From assembly GCA_002269645.1 (NCBI GenBank), contig NIVC01001609.1, forward strand, positions 1-33,815: a DNA stretch of 33,815 nt, in the 5' to 3' direction. Positions 1 through 11,900 of the stretch are shown piece after piece. Below the pieces are notes generated by a model that was not told the DNA's origin, did no database searches, and saw nothing but the letters and a program-made list of their open reading frames with translations. Position 1 is the stretch's first letter. Each line of letters opens with the position of its first letter. The DNA comes from Macrostomum lignano (taxonomy: Eukaryota). The position numbers were made by a program, and so were the translations under genes.

Positions 1-327
1 TTTTATGTTCATGATAAAATTAAAAGTTGAATTCTAAAGTTTTTAATTATAACAAACAACAGTCCAAGTCCAGTCCAAGAACAGTGTAGGTTCAAAGAAA
101 TCAGTCTAGCTATTTTTCTCTAATTGATCATATAGACATAGACAGACCATTTTTATTATATGGATTTTTATTAACAAATTCATGCCAAGCATGAAGATTC
201 AATGTAAATAAATGTGTTTATGTAAAAAAAGAAAATTCCTTCTAGCTAAAAACTTAAATTAGGCCTATGCATCATTTCTTAAATGTTTAATTTTTTTATT
301 TAAATGAACATATTTGTTATATTGTTA

Positions 328-525
328 CGAGGGATGTTCCATAAGTACTTATACTTTTGCATGCTGCTCAGGAACTACGCAACCAATCATTGTAAGTTTT
401 ATGTCGCTGGAAAGCGGCTTTACTCATCTTTAATCTGTCGCCAAAATCATTTCGTTCTGTCAACTATGTCAAAAGTTACAACAAAAAACGTAGTCAAAGG
501 TCACCCATAGACTTACAAGAAATTT
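328..525. repeat. Left terminal inverted repeat of the mariner element
   Basis: Inverted match to 1500-1694. This is why ORFs 304..510(+) and 1515..1784(-) share the same peptide. Confidence 0.92.
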
Positions 526-597
526 AAAGAGCAACAACTACAATGGCAAGCATGAAAACAGAGGCGCCTTGTTGATGACAGAAAGTTTGACTTCTTG

Positions 598-1300
598 TCA
601 CTCATCCTCAGTCGGTACCGACACCTTCTCAACGTAGTTTCCACCGGAGTTGATGCACTTGGTCCACCTGTTAAACATGCTTTTGATGGCTTCTGCGTAC
701 AGCTGTCGGGGGATGACATACAGCAGAATTCTGCGGACTTCCTCCTCGATCTGGTTCCTGGTCTCGTACACGCGTCCTTTCAGATGGCGCTTCAACTCTG
801 GAAATAAAGCAAAGTCTGCTGGTGCCAGGTCTGGAGAGTAAGGAGGGTGAGGTAGAAGATGGAGCTTCAGCTTGCTGATTGCCTCGACTGTCTTTTGTGC
901 TGTATGAGGCCTTGCATTGTCATGATGAAGAATGAAAGGTCTGGGATGGGATTTTCACGAGCGCTTTTCGGATGTCATGATGCAGCTTTGTTAGCGTTTC
1001 AACGTAGCGCTCAGAGTTTATTGTAGTGTTTGGCTCCAAAAACTCGACAGTTAGAGGACCATTGCAGTCGAAAAACAGAGACAGCATGATCTTCTTTCCA
1101 TGTGCGTCCCTTTGAGCTTTTACCGGAGGATTGGTCCTTCCTGCTTCGAACTGCTCAACCCAGTTGTAGACGGTCATCCTGCTCACCGCATTAGCTCCAT
1201 GAATGTTGCATAAATCCGCATAAATCTCTGATCGCTTTTTTCCGAGTTTCCAGAGGGTAAAAATTGCAGCGCGCTGTCCTTCCCTTGAGTTCACATCCAT
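598..1300 (-). pseudogene. Mariner transposase pseudogene with an internal deletion and a frameshift
   Basis: ATG at 1300 gives MDVNSREGQRAAIFTLWKLGKKRSEIYADL...VSRMTVYNWVEQFEAGRT (N-terminal HTH), fused directly to NPPVKAQ..GKKIMLSLFFDCNG..EFL. After a frameshift near 950-970 it reads LHHDNARPH...HPPYSPDLAPADFALF (34 residues between the two Asp), ending RWTKCINSGGNYVEK. Confidence 0.92.
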
Positions 1301-1499
1301 GGTGATGCAGCAGCAGCCAAGGTGGTGAAACTTTACAAGATTAAGATGCTGTGATCTTAAGATTAAGATGCTGTGAAAGCTTAGGCCAGTATTTTCCATA
1401 GACGAAAAGGGTGTGGCATTCGCTTATGAAGCAAAAAAGAATGCATTATGTAGAATCCGAAATAACTCTGCCTGCTGAACTTTGAAGTTTTGATTTTGA

Positions 1500-1694
1500 A
1501 AATTTCTTGTAAGTCTATGGGTGACCTTTGACTACGTTTTTTGTTGTAACTTTTGACATAGTTGACAGAACGAAATGATTTTGGCGACAGATTAAAGATG
1601 AGTAAAGCCGCTTTCCAGCAACATAAAACTTACAATGATTGGTTGCGTAGTTCCTGAGCAGCATGCAAAAGTATAAGTACTTATGGAACATCCC
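1500..1694. repeat. Right terminal inverted repeat of the mariner element, terminal bases damaged
   Basis: 195-bp inverted copy of 331-525. It ends CCC-A-TA instead of the expected CCCTCG-TA. Confidence 0.9.
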
Positions 1695-2943
1695 ATAAAG
1701 AGGTTTTCTTATAAAAATTTGTTTTGAAAACTCTACACAATCAACTTGTAAAAACTGAATGACTTTAGGAAAAATTTTTGTCATGAAATTTATGTAAATT
1801 TTCTGTTTTTTGCATATACTAGTGTATATTTAGCTACAATAAGATTCTTGTTCTGACATACACTATTATACAATCTAGACCTTGAAGTCTAAAAGATAAT
1901 TTAACTATATATTTTTCATGGATATTGATATATTGGGTCTTTTTAAGAGTAGATAGATAATTATTGGACCTTGGAAGGCCCTCTAACCAAGAGGTTAATA
2001 GCTAACAATTGGGCATGGAAAGTTTTAAGGTAAGGAGATTTTTCACAGAAACTAACATTATCTATCTATATTTAATTTTGGATATCCCCTGAGTGTCTAG
2101 CAAAAGTTTCAAAAAGTTGGAAATTGAAAGTATTTATATTTATTTATCTACTAGAGGTCATTTCACAAGAGACTTTTGAACCATAATACAGACTGCTTTT
2201 TGAAACTAAAAAAATTGAAGTTCAAAAACATGATGGATCCTCTCATAGAATGACCCATAGCTACACTCTCAAATCTATTACATAGTATGCTAGAAAAATG
2301 TAAATATCTGTTTGCAAAACTTTGTAATTAAAACATCTTTAATTAAAAAATTTCTAAAAGTAAGAAATTAAAAAGTAATTGTTAAAAAACATTTTACTTA
2401 CTAAATTAGAAATGTTAATTTATAAAAAAAATAATTAAAAAAATCCAATATACTAAAAATTATTTCACTAAAAATATTAAGTCTGTCTATGTGGGTCTAT
2501 ATACAATTTGTTTGCTATGGACTCCTAAACCACTACCACTCAACCAAATGGCACCAAATTTTGCACCCATCCTAAGCTCTTTATAGAGAATGTTTAGGTC
2601 TTAGTTGTCTTCCTACTTAAAAGTGCAAAAAATGGATAAAAAGTGCAATTTTTTCACTACTATCAATATAAAAATAAGACTTCAAAGGCCTAAATAGTTT
2701 CATAGGCATGGTGTCTATTAGTCCCATTTGTACATATTCAAAAGATAAAAACAAATCTTTTTGTTCTTTTTATTGCTTATGTTAGCAATATTCATTTTAA
2801 AAGCTAGTACATCATCAGTCATAGTTGTATAAGCAAAATTATTCTATAATACTGATTTTAACTTTCTTTAATTTCTACTTTAACCAAAAAATTACATGCA
2901 AGTTGTTTTTTTGGATTTTCAGTGCCTCATCTAACTTATTCTA

Positions 2944-5900
2944 ATGTCGAAGACACCCGATGGGGGTACTGTAAACCCTCCAAAAGCAGATTCTGATACT
3001 ATCAGAACCTCAAAAATTGCTCGTCCACGTATCTTTGGTCAGCAATTGTCTGCAAATGAGCCGAGTATCAAGAAAATTCGGCTCCAAAGTAAGTAATTTA
3101 AGCGATGTCAGTTCGAGTACAGGATACATTATTCACAGGTTCCCATCACCTTTTTCCCATTTCTGCCTTTTGCAGAAAGCAATTTGCCAGTACCGTCATT
3201 GGATACAGGCCAGGCCCAATCGTCGAGGCCAATCAAGCAGACATCCATTCCTCTACCGAAGACAATCAGAGAGCCAGGTCCAGCTGCTAATATTGAAGGA
3301 GCCAGCAATTTGGAGTTTTCTATTAATCAGACTGCATTAAACACCGAGCAGGACACAGGTGCAGAGAACATTTGCAGCACCCCTTCTGTCAAGATTACTT
3401 CTCAACTGTCTGGTTCAAGCAATCGAGATGAAATTCCAAACCTTGAAAAAGTTTTAGCCACCAACAGTCGCTTGGTTCGGGATCTGACTAATCAAAAAAA
3501 GCTGGTAGCTGAGAAAGACGTTCTAATCGCTGAGCTTCAAAAAAAGCTTTCTGATGTCAACAATTCAGCGGACTCGGGCAAAGTAGGGCAACAGAAGTCA
3601 GAAGTCCGCCTGAATCAACTTATGAGCAGTGCAAGCAACACTAGCAGGTGCATTGAACGTGATGCTGATGCACAAACTAGTTTCGAAACTATCCAATCGC
3701 CAACTCGTAATAATCTTCGGCAGCAAATTAACGAGCTAAAAAATCAGAATCAAATTCTTCAACGCAATAACGAAGAGTTAAGCGCTCAACTAACTCAAAT
3801 AAAAGAGGAGTCTATTTCGCCTGAGGAAGCTAAGAAACTCCGGGAAGTAAATAGTGAATTGCAAAGACAAATACTATCAATTCAGGAAAACGACTGCGGC
3901 TCTGAAGAGTACACTGAAAAACAGCGGTGTGAACAGCTTCAGTTACTGCAAACTAACTACAACAATCTCAGTCATGAAAAGTCACTCCAAGATAGAGAAG
4001 TTGATAACTTGCAGAGCAGACTTTCGAAACTACAGGACGAAGCCACGAGTTCTTCCAAAGAGAGTTCCAACCTGAAAGAGCAACTTCTACATTACCAACA
4101 GCAACTAGATGATTTGCGCTGCGAACTGCAATCGACAGAAGATTGCAAAGGCTATTTAGAATGCGAGTCCATTGACCTAAATTCTCGTCTATCACTTCTC
4201 ACTAATCGCTTTAAAGAGGTGGAGGTCGAGAAGGAGATGCTGGAAGAGAAGCTGCGTTCGCTACAAGAAGAGCACGACCATGTGTGCGAGTCGAAATCGT
4301 CGAAGGAGAAGGAGGTGGAGGAGCTGCGATCGCGGTTGTCAGAGTTACAGAACGAAGCAGTGTGCTCTTCTGAGAAAGCTACTGAGCTTGAAGCACAGGT
4401 GCTGGAGTATCAACAGCAGCTGAACGATCTTCGCGAGAAAGTTCGTACCACGGAGGAGCTTAAATCTGCGATCGAGACCGACTGCAGTGATCTGACATCT
4501 CGTCTAGCTGAAGTGAATCAGCTGTTAGAATCTAAAGACGAAGCGCTTACAAAATCTAGCGACAGAATCCAAGAGGTTGAAGTCGAGAAGGAGATGCTGG
4601 AAGAGAAGCTGCGTTCGCTACAAGAAGAGCACGACCATGTGTGCGAGTCGAAATCGTCGAAGGAGAAGGAGGTGGAGGAGCTGCGATCGCGGTTGTCAGA
4701 GTTACAGAACGAAGCAGTGTGCTCTTCTGAGAAAGCTACTGAGCTTGAAGCACAGGTGCTGGAGTATCAACAGCAGCTGAACGATCTTCGCGAGAAAGTT
4801 CGTACCACGGAGGAGCTTAAATCTGCGATCGAGACCGACTGCAGTGATCTGACATCTCGTCTAGCTGAAGTGAATCAGCTGTTAGAATCTAAAGACGAAG
4901 CGCTTACAAAATCTAGCGACAGAATCCAAGAGGTTGAAGTCGAGAAGGAGATGCTGGAAGAGAAGCTGCGTTCGCTACAAGAAGAGCACGACCATGTGTG
5001 CGAGTCGAAATCGTCGAAGGAGAAGGAGGTGGAGGAGCTGCGATCGCGGTTGTCAGAGTTACAGAACGAAGCAGTGTGCTCTTCTGAGAAAGCTACTGAG
5101 CTTGAAGCACAGGTGCTGGAGTATCAACAGCAGCTGAACGATCTTCGCGAGAAAGTTCGTACCACGGAGGAGCTTAAATCTGCGATCGAGACCGACTGCA
5201 GTGATCTGACATCTCGTCTAGCTGAAGTGAATCAGCTGTTAGAATCTAAAGACGAAGCGCTTACAAAATCTAGCGACAGAATCCAAGAGGTTGAAGTCGA
5301 GAAGGAGATGCTGGAAGAGAAGCTGCGTTCGCTACAAGAAGAGCACGACCATGTGTGCGAGTCGAAATCGTCGAAGGAGAAGGAGGTGGAGGAGCTGCGA
5401 TCGCGGTTGTCAGAGTTACAGAACGAAGCAGTGTGCTCTTCTGAGAAAGCTACTGAGCTTGAAGCACAGGTGCTGGAGTATCAACAGCAGCTGAACGATC
5501 TTCGCGAGAAAGTTCGTACCACGGAGGAGCTTAAATCTGCGATCGAGACCGACTGCAGTGATCTGACATCTCGTCTAGCTGAAGTGAATCAGCTGTTAGA
5601 ATCTAAAGACGAAGCGCTTACAAAATCTAGCGACAGAATCCAAGAGGTTGAAGTCGAGAAGGAGATGCTGGAAGAGAAGCTGCGTTCGCTACAAGAAGAG
5701 CACGACCATGTGTGCGAGTCGAAATCGTCGAAGGAGAAGGAGGTGGAGGAGCTGCGATCGCGGTTGTCAGAGTTACAGAACGAAGCAGTGTGCTCTTCTG
5801 AGAAAGCTACTGAGCTTGAAGCACAGGTGCTGGAGTATCAACAGCAGCTGAACGATCTTCGCGAGAAAGTTCGTACCACGGAGGAGCTTAAATCTGCGAT

Positions 5901-8900
5901 CGAGACCGACTGCAGTGATCTGACATCTCGTCTAGCTGAAGTGAATCAGCTGTTAGAATCTAAAGACGAAGCGCTTACAAAATCTAGCGACAGAATCCAA
6001 GAGGTTGAAGTCGAGAAGGAGATGCTGGAAGAGAAGCTGCGTTCGCTACAAGAAGAGCACGACCATGTGTGCGAGTCGAAATCGTCGAAGGAGAAGGAGG
6101 TGGAGGAGCTGCGATCGCGGTTGTCAGAGTTACAGAACGAAGCAGTGTGCTCTTCTGAGAAAGCTACTGAGCTTGAAGCACAGGTGCTGGAGTATCAACA
6201 GCAGCTGAACGATCTTCGCGAGAAAGTTCGTACCACGGAGGAGCTTAAATCTGCGATCGAGACCGACTGCAGTGATCTGACATCTCGTCTAGCTGAAGTG
6301 AATCAGCTGTTAGAATCTAAAGACGAAGCGCTTACAAAATCTAGCGACAGAATCCAAGAGGTTGAAGTCGAGAAGGAGATGCTGGAAGAGAAGCTGCGTT
6401 CGCTACAAGAAGAGCACGACCATGTGTGCGAGTCGAAATCGTCGAAGGAGAAGGAGGTGGAGGAGCTGCGATCGCGGTTGTCAGAGTTACAGAACGAAGC
6501 AGTGTGCTCTTCTGAGAAAGCTACTGAGCTTGAAGCACAGGTGCTGGAGTATCAACAGCAGCTGAACGATCTTCGCGAGAAAGTTCGTACCACGGAGGAG
6601 CTTAAATCTGCGATCGAGACCGACTGCAGTGATCTGACATCTCGTCTAGCTGAAGTGAATCAGCTGTTAGAATCTAAAGACGAAGCGCTTACAAAATCTA
6701 GCGACAGAATCCAAGAGGTTGAAGTCGAGAAGGAGATGCTGGAAGAGAAGCTGCGTTCGCTACAAGAAGAGCACGACCATGTGTGCGAGTCGAAATCGTC
6801 GAAGGAGAAGGAGGTGGAGGAGCTGCGATCGCGGTTGTCAGAGTTACAGAACGAAGCAGTGTGCTCTTCTGAGAAAGCTACTGAGCTTGAAGCACAGGTG
6901 CTGGAGTATCAACAGCAGCTGAACGATCTTCGCGAGAAAGTTCGTACCACGGAGGAGCTTAAATCTGCGATCGAGACCGACTGCAGTGATCTGACATCTC
7001 GTCTAGCTGAAGTGAATCAGCTGTTAGAATCTAAAGACGAAGCGCTTACAAAATCTAGCGACAGAATCCAAGAGGTTGAAGTCGAGAAGGAGATGCTGGA
7101 AGAGAAGCTGCGTTCGCTACAAGAAGAGCACGACCATGTGTGCGAGTCGAAATCGTCGAAGGAGAAGGAGGTGGAGGAGCTGCGATCGCGGTTGTCAGAG
7201 TTACAGAACGAAGCAGTGTGCTCTTCTGAGAAAGCTACTGAGCTTGAAGCACAGGTGCTGGAGTATCAACAGCAGCTGAACGATCTTCGCGAGAAAGTTC
7301 GTACCACGGAGGAGCTTAAATCTGCGATCGAGACCGACTGCAGTGATCTGACATCTCGTCTAGCTGAAGTGAATCAGCTGTTAGAATCTAAAGACGAAGC
7401 GCTTACAAAATCTAGCGACAGAATCCAAGAGGTTGAAGTCGAGAAGGAGATGCTGGAAGAGAAGCTGCGTTCGCTACAAGAAGAGCACGACCATGTGTGC
7501 GAGTCGAAATCGTCGAAGGAGAAGGAGGTGGAGGAGCTGCGATCGCGGTTGTCAGAGTTACAGAACGAAGCAGTGTGCTCTTCTGAGAAAGCTACTGAGC
7601 TTGAAGCACAGGTGCTGGAGTATCAACAGCAGCTGAACGATCTTCGCGAGAAAGTTCGTACCACGGAGGAGCTTAAATCTGCGATCGAGACCGACTGCAG
7701 TGATCTGACATCTCGTCTAGCTGAAGTGAATCAGCTGTTAGAATCTAAAGACGAAGCGCTTACAAAATCTAGCGACAGAATCCAAGAGGTTGAAGTCGAG
7801 AAGGAGATGCTGGAAGAGAAGCTGCGTTCGCTACAAGAAGAGCACGACCATGTGTGCGAGTCGAAATCGTCGAAGGAGAAGGAGGTGGAGGAGCTGCGAT
7901 CGCGGTTGTCAGAGTTACAGAACGAAGCAGTGTGCTCTTCTGAGAAAGCTACTGAGCTTGAAGCACAGGTGCTGGAGTATCAACAGCAGCTGAACGATCT
8001 TCGCGAGAAAGTTCGTACCACGGAGGAGCTTAAATCTGCGATCGAGACCGACTGCAGTGATCTGACATCTCGTCTAGCTGAAGTGAATCAGCTGTTAGAA
8101 TCTAAAGACGAAGCGCTTACAAAATCTAGCGACAGAATCCAAGAGGTTGAAGTCGAGAAGGAGATGCTGGAAGAGAAGCTGCGTTCGCTACAAGAAGAGC
8201 ACGACCATGTGTGCGAGTCGAAATCGTCGAAGGAGAAGGAGGTGGAGGAGCTGCGATCGCGGTTGTCAGAGTTACAGAACGAAGCAGTGTGCTCTTCTGA
8301 GAAAGCTACTGAGCTTGAAGCACAGGTGCTGGAGTATCAACAGCAGCTGAACGATCTTCGCGAGAAAGTTCGTACCACGGAGGAGCTTAAATCTGCGATC
8401 GAGACCGACTGCAGTGATCTGACATCTCGTCTAGCTGAAGTGAATCAGCTGTTAGAATCTAAAGACGAAGCGCTTACAAAATCTAGCGACAGAATCCAAG
8501 AGGTTGAAGTCGAGAAGGAGATGCTGGAAGAGAAGCTGCGTTCGCTACAAGAAGAGCACGACCATGTGTGCGAGTCGAAATCGTCGAAGGAGAAGGAGGT
8601 GGAGGAGCTGCGATCGCGGTTGTCAGAGTTACAGAACGAAGCAGTGTGCTCTTCTGAGAAAGCTACTGAGCTTGAAGCACAGGTGCTGGAGTATCAACAG
8701 CAGCTGAACGATCTTCGCGAGAAAGTTCGTACCACGGAGGAGCTTAAATCTGCGATCGAGACCGACTGCAGTGATCTGACATCTCGTCTAGCTGAAGTGA
8801 ATCAGCTGTTAGAATCTAAAGACGAAGCGCTTACAAAATCTAGCGACAGAATCCAAGAGGTTGAAGTCGAGAAGGAGATGCTGGAAGAGAAGCTGCGTTC

Positions 8901-11900
8901 GCTACAAGAAGAGCACGACCATGTGTGCGAGTCGAAATCGTCGAAGGAGAAGGAGGTGGAGGAGCTGCGATCGCGGTTGTCAGAGTTACAGAACGAAGCA
9001 GTGTGCTCTTCTGAGAAAGCTACTGAGCTTGAAGCACAGGTGCTGGAGTATCAACAGCAGCTGAACGATCTTCGCGAGAAAGTTCGTACCACGGAGGAGC
9101 TTAAATCTGCGATCGAGACCGACTGCAGTGATCTGACATCTCGTCTAGCTGAAGTGAATCAGCTGTTAGAATCTAAAGACGAAGCGCTTACAAAATCTAG
9201 CGACAGAATCCAAGAGGTTGAAGTCGAGAAGGAGATGCTGGAAGAGAAGCTGCGTTCGCTACAAGAAGAGCACGACCATGTGTGCGAGTCGAAATCGTCG
9301 AAGGAGAAGGAGGTGGAGGAGCTGCGATCGCGGTTGTCAGAGTTACAGAACGAAGCAGTGTGCTCTTCTGAGAAAGCTACTGAGCTTGAAGCACAGGTGC
9401 TGGAGTATCAACAGCAGCTGAACGATCTTCGCGAGAAAGTTCGTACCACGGAGGAGCTTAAATCTGCGATCGAGACCGACTGCAGTGATCTGACATCTCG
9501 TCTAGCTGAAGTGAATCAGCTGTTAGAATCTAAAGACGAAGCGCTTACAAAATCTAGCGACAGAATCCAAGAGGTTGAAGTCGAGAAGGAGATGCTGGAA
9601 GAGAAGCTGCGTTCGCTACAAGAAGAGCACGACCATGTGTGCGAGTCGAAATCGTCGAAGGAGAAGGAGGTGGAGGAGCTGCGATCGCGGTTGTCAGAGT
9701 TACAGAACGAAGCAGTGTGCTCTTCTGAGAAAGCTACTGAGCTTGAAGCACAGGTGCTGGAGTATCAACAGCAGCTGAACGATCTTCGCGAGAAAGTTCG
9801 TACCACGGAGGAGCTTAAATCTGCGATCGAGACCGACTGCAGTGATCTGACATCTCGTCTAGCTGAAGTGAATCAGCTGTTAGAATCTAAAGACGAAGCG
9901 CTTACAAAATCTAGCGACAGAATCCAAGAGGTTGAAGTCGAGAAGGAGATGCTGGAAGAGAAGCTGCGTTCGCTACAAGAAGAGCACGACCATGTGTGCG
10001 AGTCGAAATCGTCGAAGGAGAAGGAGGTGGAGGAGCTGCGATCGCGGTTGTCAGAGTTACAGAACGAAGCAGTGTGCTCTTCTGAGAAAGCTACTGAGCT
10101 TGAAGCACAGGTGCTGGAGTATCAACAGCAGCTGAACGATCTTCGCGAGAAAGTTCGTACCACGGAGGAGCTTAAATCTGCGATCGAGACCGACTGCAGT
10201 GATCTGACATCTCGTCTAGCTGAAGTGAATCAGCTGTTAGAATCTAAAGACGAAGCGCTTACAAAATCTAGCGACAGAATCCAAGAGGTTGAAGTCGAGA
10301 AGGAGATGCTGGAAGAGAAGCTGCGTTCGCTACAAGAAGAGCACGACCATGTGTGCGAGTCGAAATCGTCGAAGGAGAAGGAGGTGGAGGAGCTGCGATC
10401 GCGGTTGTCAGAGTTACAGAACGAAGCAGTGTGCTCTTCTGAGAAAGCTACTGAGCTTGAAGCACAGGTGCTGGAGTATCAACAGCAGCTGAACGATCTT
10501 CGCGAGAAAGTTCGTACCACGGAGGAGCTTAAATCTGCGATCGAGACCGACTGCAGTGATCTGACATCTCGTCTAGCTGAAGTGAATCAGCTGTTAGAAT
10601 CTAAAGACGAAGCGCTTACAAAATCTAGCGACAGAATCCAAGAGGTTGAAGTCGAGAAGGAGATGCTGGAAGAGAAGCTGCGTTCGCTACAAGAAGAGCA
10701 CGACCATGTGTGCGAGTCGAAATCGTCGAAGGAGAAGGAGGTGGAGGAGCTGCGATCGCGGTTGTCAGAGTTACAGAACGAAGCAGTGTGCTCTTCTGAG
10801 AAAGCTACTGAGCTTGAAGCACAGGTGCTGGAGTATCAACAGCAGCTGAACGATCTTCGCGAGAAAGTTCGTACCACGGAGGAGCTTAAATCTGCGATCG
10901 AGACCGACTGCAGTGATCTGACATCTCGTCTAGCTGAAGTGAATCAGCTGTTAGAATCTAAAGACGAAGCGCTTACAAAATCTAGCGACAGAATCCAAGA
11001 GGTTGAAGTCGAGAAGGAGATGCTGGAAGAGAAGCTGCGTTCGCTACAAGAAGAGCACGACCATGTGTGCGAGTCGAAATCGTCGAAGGAGAAGGAGGTG
11101 GAGGAGCTGCGATCGCGGTTGTCAGAGTTACAGAACGAAGCAGTGTGCTCTTCTGAGAAAGCTACTGAGCTTGAAGCACAGGTGCTGGAGTATCAACAGC
11201 AGCTGAACGATCTTCGCGAGAAAGTTCGTACCACGGAGGAGCTTAAATCTGCGATCGAGACCGACTGCAGTGATCTGACATCTCGTCTAGCTGAAGTGAA
11301 TCAGCTGTTAGAATCTAAAGACGAAGCGCTTACAAAATCTAGCGACAGAATCCAAGAGGTTGAAGTCGAGAAGGAGATGCTGGAAGAGAAGCTGCGTTCG
11401 CTACAAGAAGAGCACGACCATGTGTGCGAGTCGAAATCGTCGAAGGAGAAGGAGGTGGAGGAGCTGCGATCGCGGTTGTCAGAGTTACAGAACGAAGCAG
11501 TGTGCTCTTCTGAGAAAGCTACTGAGCTTGAAGCACAGGTGCTGGAGTATCAACAGCAGCTGAACGATCTTCGCGAGAAAGTTCGTACCACGGAGGAGCT
11601 TAAATCTGCGATCGAGACCGACTGCAGTGATCTGACATCTCGTCTAGCTGAAGTGAATCAGCTGTTAGAATCTAAAGACGAAGCGCTTACAAAATCTAGC
11701 GACAGAATCCAAGAGGTTGAAGTCGAGAAGGAGATGCTGGAAGAGAAGCTGCGTTCGCTACAAGAAGAGCACGACCATGTGTGCGAGTCGAAATCGTCGA
11801 AGGAGAAGGAGGTGGAGGAGCTGCGATCGCGGTTGTCAGAGTTACAGAACGAAGCAGTGTGCTCTTCTGAGAAAGCTACTGAGCTTGAAGCACAGGTGCT

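Larger units (their letters stand above)
328..1695 (-). mobile_element. Mariner (Tc1/mariner, DD34D) DNA transposon, internally deleted non-autonomous copy with long TIRs
   Basis: Left end reads TA|CGAGGGATGTTCC (TA at 326-327). 331-525 is the reverse complement of 1500-1694, with one mismatch seen. TA at 1696-1697. The interior encodes mariner transposase fragments on the minus strand. Confidence 0.93.

Noticed and set aside
304-510. ORF 304..510(+) and its twin 1515..1784(-) sharing a ~58-aa peptide
   Set aside because: They are translations of the two mariner TIRs, not duplicated genes.
122-2509. Short imperfect inverted similarity (AATTG..ATATAGAC..ATAGACAGAC at ~122-148 versus ~2481-2509), suggesting an older element enclosing the mariner
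   Set aside because: Only ~23 matching bases in AT-rich DNA with a gap, and no termini or target duplication found.
3184-3186. Listed start of the 4,628-aa ORF
   Set aside because: It is a TTG. The frame is better explained as exon 2, entered through the acceptor at 3175 from ATG 2944.
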